The notes below the pieces were generated by a model that was given only the letters and a program-made list of their open reading frames with translations, did no database searches and was not told where the DNA came from. Shown piece by piece: positions 33,501 to 45,005 of a stretch of 64,000 bases of DNA. Numbering within the stretch: position 1 is the stretch's first letter; each line of letters starts with the position of its first letter. The translations under genes were made by a program, and so were the position numbers. Origin of the DNA: Lepidodermella squamata (taxonomy: Eukaryota > Animalia > Gastrotricha); assembly GCA_047495785.1 (NCBI GenBank), contig JBLDXI010000032.1:2790001-2854000 (forward strand). Reading direction: 5' to 3'.

Positions 33501-36500
33501 CCAATAAATTCCATCAACAAAATTGCCGATAATTATTTGTCAAAAATTCGAAAGAAATCAGAACATTAGGACGAAAGCGAAAGCAGCGGCCAGGAGTAAG
33601 ACAGGGGCAGTGAAGCGGTTGCCTGAAACCGGTACATCATCGCATTGTGCGCCTATATAGGCAAAAATTCGGTAATTCGAATGTATTCTCGATTTATTAG
33701 CTCATCTTACCAACGCAGTTGCAACCGTCGTAGTTGCAACAATTGCTGATGTCGCTGCTAGAGCTGCTCGATGAGACGAGGGCACGGCCGAGCGACTCGC
33801 GTTTAGTCGGCTGAGCGGGGCACTCGTCGATGCTGGCACAGCTTTGAACAGCCAAGTTTGTTGCAGAGGTGAATTCGAGCTTTGAAAATTAAAATTAAAA
33901 TTTCAAGCGCTAATTACTCAAAACTACCACAATATTCCGATTTTTCCCTCTTCATTCGTAAAATAATATACTTATTTTAGTAACAGAAAATCAGTACCTT
34001 GCACATGGGCTTATCGGTGGGACAGCTGGCCTTGATACCGGAGACACACTTGTCAGGATTGTCAGTACAGGTGTAACACTGCAAGGCTGTGGCTGAGGCA
34101 GCGGCGAAAAGGAGGCAAGAAACAATGGCGTGGGAGATCATTTTGCCTGAATAGTTGCGACTTTTTTAAAATGAATGTAAAAAGTGTTTCGAAAGTTGAA
34201 ATGAGGAAGATTTAGGTGTGATGAGCCGCCTAAGAAAGTTTTCGAAAATGGCGGCAATGTCAATCGCGTGCCATGGCAGACACACACACGTGACCCGTGT
34301 GGCGGCAATTGACCTAGTGCCAACTGCTACCAATTGCCACTTGAAATTTGGCCAATTGACCTTGTTCCATTAAATAATATCTACAATTTTACGGCAAAAA
34401 AATCAAAATTAAAATAAATACTACAAATTTCGAATTTAAAAGTTTAAAATTTCAAAAATTAAAATAAAATATATAAAATCCGTGTGACCTTGAAATTATT
34501 ATGAAATGCCATATTTTTTACCAGATCACTATTGTTGATTTGTTCAACGAGCATGAAGGCGGGGGCGCCAATCTGGACCACGCAATTTTGGACGCAATTT
34601 TCAAGTCCCATTCTCAGCTCGACCCTGTCACAACTTTCCAACTTGCGCAATTGTGGAAGCGTTGCGATGTGGCGAAAGATGTGTTCAAGCAACACGCAGG
34701 GATTATCCAGAAACAGGTCAACATGAAACAGGCCATGACTCGGGCAATCGAGCTGGGCGACTCGAAATTCTTTGAATTTTTCATCGATCAAGGTTTAATC
34801 GATCTTAAACGATATTTAACCCCAGTACAGTTACGAACGCTCTACGAAGACGTGAGTTTTTCCGTGTTAGAAAATTGAAAAAAATTAACGAAATTCGATT
34901 AGTTTTTCATTAAACGAACTGGCAAAGCCGCAAAGTCTAGCTGTATTCGATTGTTCCGAAGTCTGTTGATGAACGGAGCGAATGAAGAGACGTTGACTGA
35001 TCTGAATAATCCGAAATTTATGGAAAATGTTGGCGATGCCCTGGCGTCTCTGTTACAGTGTTACATGGATAACACCGTGACGGGTGAAACTAAGCGAGTC
35101 ATCGGGCTTCACGACTACGGCTCGCCTGGGGATGATTCACGAGCTTCGTCTCGCCGCAACTCCATCGCCTCGGTGTCGAAATCGCTAGATCAGCCGTACG
35201 ATACGAGTGAGCGAGATTTGTTCGTTTTGCTGTTGCTGCTTCATCGCCAGGACATGGCGTTGAAGGTATGGAAACTTGGCCATGATCACCTTGGCTCAGC
35301 TTTGATGGCGGCAATTTTCTTGAAATCACTCGCCAATGAAGCGAATCGACTCGATATGATGGACCTCGGCAGCAGTTTCGATGAGCATGCAACGTTAGCG
35401 ATAATTAAATTTCGCAACTAATGGGTCTAAATAGCATGATGATAGCGCAAAATTGTCCAAAATCGAGCTATTTTTTTTCCTTTTTTGATCAATAAGAAAA
35501 CCCTCAGTAAAGCCTGCGGTGCCCTCACAGCTTTACAAAATTCCCAATGTTGGATGTTGGCTGATATCGGAAAAATCACTGATTTTTTAAATCGATTTGT
35601 CTCAGCCGGCTATGGATAAGACTTGAAACGAAGATTTTAAACTCAAAAGATTACATTTTAGGGAAATTTAGGATATTCTGGGCGCCCTTGACACTTGACA
35701 CATCCTTATAGAATCTTGAATTTTTCCATCACAAAAACATTGGATTTTAGAAACGGAATACATAGCATCACTCTTTTAGAAATTAAACAATTATCCTCAA
35801 AATTTGGAAGGCTCGACAGGGGCCAAAACTAAAAAAAAAATTGAAAATTTGAAGTTAAAAGTTTAACATTGAAACTTTCAGGTTATGGCAAGACAGAGCT
35901 GTATCTTTGCTCGACTACTGCTACGACCAAGACCCTGTTCGATGCAACCGCCTGCTCTGCCGATCTCTCCTGATGTGGCAAGGTCTTACTGTGTTCGAAA
36001 TGGCCCACTACGGCAAGAAAAAGCGAATCATGGCCCACGCGGCCATGCAAACTAAACTCAGCCAAATTTGGCTGGGAAGAATGGCAACTTTCACCAATTC
36101 TTCACTGATCTACTTCTCAATCTTTCCACCACTAACGCCATTCCTAATTTTTCGAATTCGCTTCGAAGAATCGCAGGTTTTCCAGCGGTCAAATGCTGAA
36201 ACGTTAGCTCTTCAAGGCCTTGGTTTGCCGCTGGCTAACCCGAATATTCAACAAAGCCGGTATTCGTCGTCCCCATATCGCCAGGATCTCGAAGCTCAGA
36301 GGAATGACTCACCTCGAGAGTCAGCGAATTGCTGTTCCAAGTCATGTCTAGGCCGCGTGACACCAGAAAGCAACAACCCAGTCAGTTTAAACAATACAGT
36401 AAGCGATGAAAATCGCGTTTCTGACCTGTTCGGCCGCAAGAAATACAACGATAAAAAATTGTTACGGCCAGCTTTTTTCGCTGAATCGAGCATGCAACGC

Positions 36501-38492
36501 ATCTCCCTACCTACGGCTGTTTATTTCCTATTCGCATCGCCAATCGTAAAATTCGCGACGCATTCAGTTGCCTTGGTAATGTTTTTACTGCTGTTTTCAT
36601 CTTTTGTCCTCGTCGGTGTTGATCCGTACCGAATAACTGCTGCTGAAATCGTGATTTGGTCGACATGTTTCATTTATTTTATGGACATGATTCGCGAGGC
36701 GGCTGGTAAGGATAATCTCAGATTTTCCGAGAAACTGACCGATTTTTTCTCGAGTTATTGGAACATTTTCGATCTATTATCGCTTTTTGTTGTTGTCGCG
36801 GCGGTTATTCAACGACTTTCGATTAATTCCCACGATTTTGTTTACCCACAAACGACCTATGCCGTAGCTTGTGTCATGTACTGGAGCCGAGCTCTTCACA
36901 TTTTCTACGTCACCGAAACGCTGGGTCCAAAGGTGGCAACAATGTTCCAAATGATGTTGGACGTAGCGTTTTTCAGCCTGATTTACCTGGTCATTTTGCT
37001 GGCTTTCTCGATGCCGATTCACTCGTTACTAAGGCCTGATGTTGAGATCAACACATTCGGGCAGTTTTTCGAGGTTCTCATCGATGTTGCGTACTACAGG
37101 ATTTGGCAAATTTTGTTCACGAGCATGGACGATGCAAAACGGTTGATTGAAGGAACTTGCCGCTACGACGGAGTTGCGAACAATATTTCCGATTTTTTGT
37201 CAAATTCAACGCAATCGCCGTTAGTTTCAGCCGGGTTGGCAACAACAATTGCCCAAAATTTTACGACTACTTTTACGGCCTTGAACACCAATAATTTTTC
37301 GAACTCGACATTGAGGAATCTGGCGAGAAGATCGGCGAATTCAAGCTTGTTCAATGCGACTCAAAATGAGCCATCCTATAATATTTGGGACACTCTGGAC
37401 GATAATTGGCACGAACATTGCACCGATCGAAATATAGTCGCCATTATCCTGTATTTGATCTATTTACTGCTGACTAATATTGTGTTGGTTAACATGCTGA
37501 TCGCAATGTTTGCCTACACTGTGGCTGATACGCGAATTTCTGCTGAGCAGGCTTGGCGATTCAACATTTATCGCTTTGTTCGAGATTACTACGACAAACC
37601 AGTCCTACCTGGGCCTTTGATGATTTTCGAGCTGTTCTACCGACTCTTTGCCTCGTGCCGCAAGGTCAAAGTTCCGAAAAATAATGATTTCAGTGAGTTA
37701 TATTAAAAAATCGGAGTGAATATTCGTACTTGAATAAGTAAGCGCTACTCGATATTCGTACTTGAGCGGCTTTCCGGTTAGGAAATGTATGGTAATATTA
37801 TGGGATAATGGTATGGGATAATATTTTTTACCGTAATATTGAGCATTTTTAGCTGGGTAAGAATCATATCCCACCTAGAAAGCAGAGATAACTTGGAGTT
37901 TTCAAATTTTCCTTCAAAAACATGAAATTAGGGTTGGAAAGCTCAGGGAACCTAAAAGGTCTGAACCTTAGATCCAACTTAATGAAAATAGGGATTTTGC
38001 CAGCAAAATTGACAAACCCAAGTTTTCTCAGCTTTCTAGGTGAGATATGATTCTTACTCATTTTTAAATGCTGAATATTATGTTAAAAAATGCGAATATT
38101 TCCTAACCGGAAAACCGCTTAAGTACGAATATGAAGTAGCGCGTACTTAATTAAGTAAGATTATAACGAACCTCGAAAAATCCGACTTAATTTTTTTTCA
38201 TTTTTTCAATTTGCAGAGGAGTACTATTTCAGCATTGATGATTACGAGTATCGAAAACTCGAGATGTTTGAAAGAAGCGGGGTCGAACAACTTTCTGGCT
38301 CTCTGCCAAAAGATCACAATGTCATCACAAAATTGACTAGTGTTCATGAAAGGTGATAAATACATCTCGCGATTTCCTATTTTTACAATAATTTTTTAAT
38401 GCAGATTGCACAGCAAAATTGACCATGTCGAAGATAAAATCATGGAATTCAGAACCGATGTGCTAGTTCGAAGTAACCCGAAGCAAGAATAA
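30551..38492 (+). CDS. TRPM: TRPM (melastatin) family cation channel, multi-exon, no C-terminal enzyme domain
   Basis: N-terminal CVCG..H..W...CDTFGELVF; MHR motifs WGLPVPHLIIEVTGSA, AWIVTGGSNCGVMKLCGEAV, IGIVSWG, LDPGHSAFLFVDNG, GGGPNTL; pre-S1 QTKLSQIWLG; LGPKV; S6 TNIVLVNMLIAMF; TRP box WRFNIY..YYDKPVLPGP; short coiled-coil tail ending RSNPKQE*. Splice phases are consistent where checked. Confidence 0.93.
32347..33113 (-). CDS. Ly6/three-finger protein nested in a TRPM intron; Ly6-3
   Basis: MNMITYFLICCFLFGTASAIQCYVCTDTPEKC..CPSEKPMCK|LEWTAATNLADQIC..C..CCNYDGCNCV|GEIQC...APVLLLCSAVAFIMLF*. Confidence 0.87.
33558..34141 (-). CDS. Ly6/three-finger protein nested in a TRPM intron; Ly6-4 (absent from ORF track)
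   Basis: MISHAIVSCLLFAAASATALQCYTCTDNPDKC..CPTDKPMCK|LEFTSATNLAVQSC..C..CCNYDGCNCV|GAQC...APVLLLAAAFAFVLMF*. Confidence 0.87.
37703..38190. mobile_element. MITE-like inverted-repeat element in a TRPM intron
   Basis: Left arm ...atattcgtacttgagcggctttccggttaggaaat (to about 37786) pairs with right arm atttcctaaccggaaaaccgcttaagtacgaatat... (from about 38098). Imperfect TIRs of about 65 bp; outer limits are approximate. Confidence 0.7.
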
Positions 38493-38665
38493 TCCGAAAA
38501 GGAAAGAACCATATATTATTATTTTTGTGGTATTTCTTAATTCTTAATATTTTATTTGATTAAAGTAAATAAACTGTTCGTGAGGTTACGTCGTGTTTTT
38601 TTCTGCGGCTGTTTAAACATAACAGCCATAATTCTCTAAATTTTTCAGCCTAAAATTATTCGAGA

Positions 38666-39916
38666 ATGATACAATTTGGCAAGTCATGTTCAATAATTAC
38701 GTATTTTTTGCTGCTAATAATTGTCTTAGTAAAAAATGAAGAACTGATCGAAGAAGAATCGACTACTTTAGAGCCAACAACCCGTAAACGGGGATCCTTT
38801 GCCACTTTCTTTATTCCACAAGGAAATATTCGGTCAAATGCTGAATTACTGGTAAAATGTCCAAATTTCGGCCCAGAAGTTACGACTCCCTCGAAAACGG
38901 ATACGATGAACATTGACGCGAGCTTTCTACTACAAAATCTAACCCATGTCGACAGTCAGCACGAGCAAATTTCAGTCATGGCCACGCTGTTCTTCAACTG
39001 GCTTGCAGATTGCTCAGATGAAAATGCTTTCAAATCAGAGACCGAGAGGAGCAAGCTAAACGTCGCTTCCTCAGCTATCTGGACACCGTCGATTTTCTTC
39101 GAAAACAGCCATTCAAAATATTTGCTCGATCCGACCATTGCTCAGCGAGTTCAAGTAGTTTACAGCCCAGGAAAGCGAATTCTCGGCGTTCCGTTGTTTC
39201 AATTTACCTGGGCTCTATTCGGTGAATGGACTTTTTTCTGCCGAATGAACTTGACCTACTTCCCGGGCGATGTTCAGCGATGCGAGGCCATTTTCCGCAC
39301 AGATGAACCAACCCCTGTCGTCAACATCTCGAGCGCTACTTATCTGGATCCTAATCTATTAATCGGAGGAAATTCAGAATGGGAATTCTATGATTATGAA
39401 GTATTTATTAGGAGAGGATACGCTGCAACCCTGGAATCAGGTTTCGCTATAACCATAGCAAGAAGGCCGGAATTTTTCATGTACCACATGGTTGCTCCTT
39501 GCTTTGTTCTATTTGTCTTGGAAATGTGTAGCTTCGCGCTACCAGCCGAGACGGGTGAAAGATCGTCCTATACAGTGGCTATCTACCTGGCTTACACTTT
39601 CATCGAAAGTGAACTGGTTTCAGTCATTCCGAAGACTGCACAACGGATCGTTCTTGCGGAATACCTGATATTCCACGCTGGTTTCAGCATGTCGATAACA
39701 ATATACTCATCGCTGATTTGTTACCTATGGAATCACTACCCGTCTTTGGCTAAGAAATATCGCGTGAAATTGGCAAATTTCCGGTTTGGAACGAGGCAGC
39801 TTGTTGATATATTGGCATTTTTTATTTCTTTGATTATTTTAATCTTCTCGACGTACCACTACATGTCGAGTATTATTGATCATATCAACGATAGGAAAGC
39901 ATTAAAGAGATTCTAA
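38666..39916 (+). CDS. Divergent Cys-loop LGIC subunit, intronless; LGIC-10
   Basis: PQGNI..CPNF, Cys-loop CRMNLTYFPGDVQRC, M1-M2 SFALPAETGERSSYTVAIYLAY. Confidence 0.9.
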   Translation: MIQFGKSCSIITYFLLLIIVLVKNEELIEEESTTLEPTTRKRGSFATFFIPQGNIRSNAELLVKCPNFGPEVTTPSKTDTMNIDASFLLQNLTHVDSQHEQISVMATLFFNWLADCSDENAFKSETERSKLNVASSAIWTPSIFFENSHSKYLLDPTIAQRVQVVYSPGKRILGVPLFQFTWALFGEWTFFCRMNLTYFPGDVQRCEAIFRTDEPTPVVNISSATYLDPNLLIGGNSEWEFYDYEVFIRRGYAATLESGFAITIARRPEFFMYHMVAPCFVLFVLEMCSFALPAETGERSSYTVAIYLAYTFIESELVSVIPKTAQRIVLAEYLIFHAGFSMSITIYSSLICYLWNHYPSLAKKYRVKLANFRFGTRQLVDILAFFISLIILIFSTYHYMSSIIDHINDRKALKRF

Positions 39917-42900
39917 ACGTAAAATGTTCAATTTCCGAATAAAATCGATAAATCATAGGTTAATCAACCTAAATGTTATTTGGAAAGATTGAAAAAATAT
40001 TGATTACTTCATCAGCCTCTGATTTCGGGCAATCAGTCAAATGAAGGCGGGATTTTAATTCTGTGACTTGATGGAATAATATAAACCCGATTTTATTTTA
40101 ATCACTCGCTCGTGCCAAGATCACGCGCTGAGAAGATGATTAACGCACGAGTCCCGCTAATTCAGGCCGTCGGGAAGAATCACGCCCAGTTTTTTTTAGC
40201 TCGAACTTTGAACCCTAAAATATTTTCCGCCACAAGCGCTAAAATCAGTGTCACAAAAACTCAATTCGTCTTTATTGAGTTTTAATTTTTTTAATTTTAC
40301 GTTATAATTTTTGCTCTGCAGTTAAGTTTTCCTATTTATTTATATTCTAAGCGACTTCTGCATTTTATTTTCTTGACGGATGTGATGCCGCCATGACCCT
40401 GGAGGTTTTTTATTTTATCTATGGTAAGATCAGATAGTTAGAAATGATGGCTTCGCAGACTTCAGGGGGGTTATGTTGGAATCTAGCTTAAACTTTCCGT
40501 ATCTTTTCCTAAGTTAGGCTAAAACTTGAGCCGAGATCTTTCTAAAAATCCAATTACTCCGGGACACTTTTCTAGTGTTGTCCTATATAATTTCTAAAAC
40601 CAATTGTTAAATCGTCCCTTTTTAATTTTCAATGTGTCATCTGCAAGAAGCAAGTGAGATTATAGAATATTATGGAAAGATTGAGTTTTTCAGCTTTTTC
40701 CCGCGGTGTCAATATGAAAAAATAACTAGGTAGAAAGAAGTTGATAGGATTTCACGGCTAACCAGTAACCAGTTGGCTATTTATTATTATTGTTGTTATT
40801 AAATGATTCAGGAATTATACACGTTTAGAATCTTGACGGCCTACCGGAGGCAAAGCTGGACGATCAGGACCGAGGACTATTTTCTTTGTAAATTAGCTAG
40901 CCTTGAATTTTGATGAAAAATTTTCCGCCAACTATGAACCGACTGAATTATAAACACCGCCGAGGAGCCATATATGTCAACGAGGCAACCAACCATCATT
41001 AATTATAAGAACTTGGGCGAATCCCCATGCTTGAATTTGAAATAATTTTAAAATCATTTGAATTTGAAATAATATGCCCTGGAAAAAAGGACAACCCATA
41101 TATAGTTACGAAACAGTGAGACAACGCGGCCGCGTTGCTGCACCATGCCAATTCAGTTCGTCATTTCTAGTTCTCACGCGAAGTATTTTTGAATTTGCCT
41201 TGAATTTGCCATTGAGCTGTGGAGAATTCATGGCCACCTAGCTATTATTGTTCGGGTGAAGCTTCTGTTGAATTTTGACATTTTTGCATTATTCTTCTCA
41301 AAAAATGTAGTTGGGCATTTCTAAAATGGCCTAAAATTCATGAAATCTGCAGCTGATCTGAAGCTAGTCTATTTTTGTGCCACGAAGATGTACATAGTTA
41401 ATCAGTATAATCGTAATCGGTTAGATATTAGTGAATACCGGTGCATCATGGCGAAATCCAGCGCTTCAGGAATTCGGTCAACTGGGCTGAAAACCCAATG
41501 AAAACTCACCTGATACCTTCCATTATGATTACGAAATTTTGTTTATGTCTCTAAAATTCTGAACACGAGTATGACCTAATTTCTTACTTCAGCTCGAATG
41601 ACCTGAGCGTAACAAAATTAACTTGGGCAAATTAATTCGATTTATAAATTGGCGAACGGGGCGGATTGGGGACAATAATATATAATATTTAATGCCTGAA
41701 ATAATATTTAAGCCTACCTGAGCATTCGCCAATTATAAATGAAATTGGCGATATTATAATTTTGAATAATAATTATTTTGCGATAAATTCAACGCAGAAA
41801 ACGTTTATCATTGACCGATCGCAAACGAAATAGTCGGGACGGTCGAGAAGTTTTGCGAGTAATTTAGCTGCCGAAAATTCAGATATTTTACTGAATATTG
41901 GAAATAAAAATATTATATGCACTTTCAACTTTTCGAAATATTGAATTCCGCGCCATCGAGCAATGGCGCTATAAGACGCGCCATCCGCCGGTTGGGCCGT
42001 AATACCCGTTTTTTTGTAAACCTCCTCGTACATGGTTTGAAAAATTCTGAGTTTAAACCAGGTTTAGCGGATAAAACCTCTAAAACCTGCAAATTTTCTC
42101 TCATTGGTACATAGGTTTTTTAATCGAACATAAGAATTGTCTTCTATTGCTCCATTTTATATACGCGAACAATGGTGAGTCCCAATACGCAACAATGGTT
42201 GCTTTGGAAATGAGAGGAAAACTTAAACCTTAAACCTTAATCCAACATAAGGAAGGTTCCAACATACGCCCCCAGATGTCGGAAAAATCACTGGCATGTT
42301 GAATCGATACTTGGAATCGATATCGGCTCTGCAGGTTAAATTAACTCTCGCAAAGTGACCGCTCGTAGCGCGTAAAATATGCGTAATGAGACCTATCGAT
42401 AGGCATGATAAGAAAAAACTCTGATTTTCGGGAAGACATTGCGGGTCCTTTTAACCTGACATTGCTGCTGTTGCGCAATTCTTCTTATTCCGCAGCCATA
42501 ACCAAGCTTCAACCGTTCTTCGAAGTTATATGTTATAAGTTATGATATCGAACCCTCCTCGATAAAGAAAATTCCGAGATTTTTGGTGACAGTTCCATTT
42601 TCCATTTAAACAGGTGCTAGCTTATCACCAAGCCTACGAGACCCTGCTTTGTATCCTTTTCACCGAATTTATACGCAGAGATATGCCTTTTAGACTCCAT
42701 GGAGTTTTAGTCACCCTATGGGCATTTTTAAAACTGAAAAAGCTATAAAATATTCGAGAGCTCCCTTACTGAGAGCGTTCGCAAGAAAAGCGATTTTGCG
42801 CACAATGGTTTGTAATTAGATTGTGAATCGTTGCACCATTTTTCGAGATTTTATTGCTGTTCTTGTGTCATTCGGATACAGCGCGTGTGACAATACATTG

Positions 42901-44329
42901 TGTTTTCTCGTCATGGGTTCCATCATTGGCGCGGAGAATGGCCGCAAACAGTAGACATATGAGACTGATTCTCGTCAGGCCTCGGCTGCCTAAACTGTTT
43001 TCTTGTCCTAGGTTAAATGCTTGAGACAATTCGAAACCGGTGAAAAACCTTATCCCAACTAACACGTGCCAGTTTGTGTCTGATCATGCTTTAAAAAGCA
43101 TCAAATTCAAACAAATGTCATACAGCTTTTCCGTTATTATTTATTTTCGGTTATTTTTAGGCGGAATAACACTTCCATGAGTATTCTCGTTGTCAGCCCA
43201 GACATCTTGCGTCGTCCAGGCTATGTTTGTTTACATCCGAAATCGAACTCTCAACAATATAGTAATAACGGTAAAATGGCGTCCGTTATTTGCACTACAA
43301 ATCGATTTCACCATGCTGCTTCTGAGTATTCATGTCGGGGCAATTTCCGCCAATTGCCTGCTCTTGGCTGGGCTCCAGACTCAAGGGAGACATGAATCCT
43401 GAATTGTCCGCCGTCCGCCTTTATATCACGTGCTGTCTCCCCCTCCCCCAACTTTTAAGCAAACTTGCTATTCATTTAATATCGCAAAAAAAAACCGAAA
43501 GGTGAGAACTTTCATTGTCCGTTATTATATATCTCAGCCACCTAAATGTCAGAATACAGGTCAATTAAGATTCGCAGTGCAAGGTAGATAAATAACGATA
43601 GCATTTGTTTAACCGTAAAAAATCTATTTTTATTTACGTTTGATATACCAGCCGGTGCGAAGCCGGCCGGTTAGCTTGTAGGCTCGGTATAACACGCAAA
43701 AAAATAATATTATCACCCAAGACTTTGCACCGGCGCCATGAATGAAATTAATGCATTAGCTTTTTTCTCCGCTCACACATCTGTTTCTTTCACTCTTGAT
43801 ATTATTTTACCTATATCAAGCCGGCCAGCCTTCGCAACCGTTTGGTCAGCTGTTGAGTGGCAGGGAATAACGCCGTAGTACCAGCAGCGACGGTACCAGT
43901 GTTAGGAAAAACGCCTCTCCCTTAATACTTTTTCCTCTCACTATAATATTATGTCGCCGAGAATATTGCATGCCTCAGGGTAATTACCCTGCGGTCTAAG
44001 AAACTCGCTCCTCATCATTATTACTCTACTTCTATCCGAAGCTCGTCACAGGCACGCTTGTATGACGTAGGCGTTCGCCTACATTACACAACAACATTCA
44101 TCTTACTATATAACGTAGTGTTATTATTTCACAAAGTATATATATATCACGGCATGCAGGTATGTTTTCCCGCGTGTGATTCATATTGTAGCGCAACAAA
44201 GGCGCTCTTTGCGTCAGCATTCCTTCACCTTTTATACCCCGGGCCGTGTTTTACGCTTCATTTGTCAAACGCCTTTCGTCTAATATCAAAATTTAGAATT
44301 GTATTTTTTACGAAAAATAATAAACAAAA

Positions 44330-44929
44330 ATGCTCGCCCGACGTGCGATCTCATGCTTTTGCCGGACTGCAGTTGTACGAACGTTCGTTCAAGCCTCGCA
44401 GCCGATCCGCCTTAACAAATTAGCCCTCGCCGATGTTCAGCACAACAACAGCAACAAATTACCGGTGAATTTCGACTCGCCCCGCTTCGCCAATCAACAA
44501 CCGGTGCGCAATGTGTTGAAAAATGGCCAACTAGTCGAAATCGATCGAGTGACGCGCGACGCCGAGGTTGAACAAGCCCGGCAATTGATGAACTCAGCCG
44601 TTAAACAGGGTCTATGGCTGCGACACCAGCAACCGTTGACTAAGGCTGAATTTGAACAGTTTGCTTTCGGTTCAAATTGCGAGTGCCTAGTCATGAAGCG
44701 CGACTTCACATCCGGCCCGGTTATTGCCGTAGCAAGGCTGGAGCATACTAACCAGCAAAATCGACGACTTAGTGCTACGATTTTTGTCGACCCGGCGTAT
44801 CAAGAAATGGGCATTTGGCAGCTTTTCGACAACGTTGTTATGGCTTCGTTGAACAGCCGTTTGATGGTGACGAAGATGACTCTCAACAACAAAGCGGCGT
44901 TCATCTTGCAGTATCAGCATAAATACTGA
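44330..44929 (+). CDS. GNAT-fold (N-acetyltransferase-like) protein with a possible mitochondrial presequence
   Basis: Intronless 199-aa ORF. IFVDPAYQEMGIW resembles GNAT motif A (V-x-P-x-x-R/Q-x-x-G-x-G) and NKAA resembles motif B. The N-terminus is Arg-rich and lacks acidic residues. Confidence 0.55.
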   Translation: MLARRAISCFCRTAVVRTFVQASQPIRLNKLALADVQHNNSNKLPVNFDSPRFANQQPVRNVLKNGQLVEIDRVTRDAEVEQARQLMNSAVKQGLWLRHQQPLTKAEFEQFAFGSNCECLVMKRDFTSGPVIAVARLEHTNQQNRRLSATIFVDPAYQEMGIWQLFDNVVMASLNSRLMVTKMTLNNKAAFILQYQHKY

Positions 44930-45005
44930 TTTAACCTATAAAATAAATAAAATGCAATTCCTCTTTTAATTTGCGAAATAAAAATGTGAAATTCAAATGA
45001 CTGTT

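Noticed and set aside
8552-39916. Bacterial (GLIC/ELIC-like) horizontal origin for the intronless, short-loop channels
   Set aside because: They retain the eukaryotic disulfide Cys-loop (C-x13-C) and a nAChR-like M1-M2 linker; retroposition or intron loss followed by tandem duplication is simpler.
40000-44300. Small ORFs (41773, 41917, 42868, 43177, 43190, 44058) and minor inverted repeats near 41640-41740
   Set aside because: No coherent exon chain or protein motif; treated as AT-rich intergenic DNA with decayed repeats.
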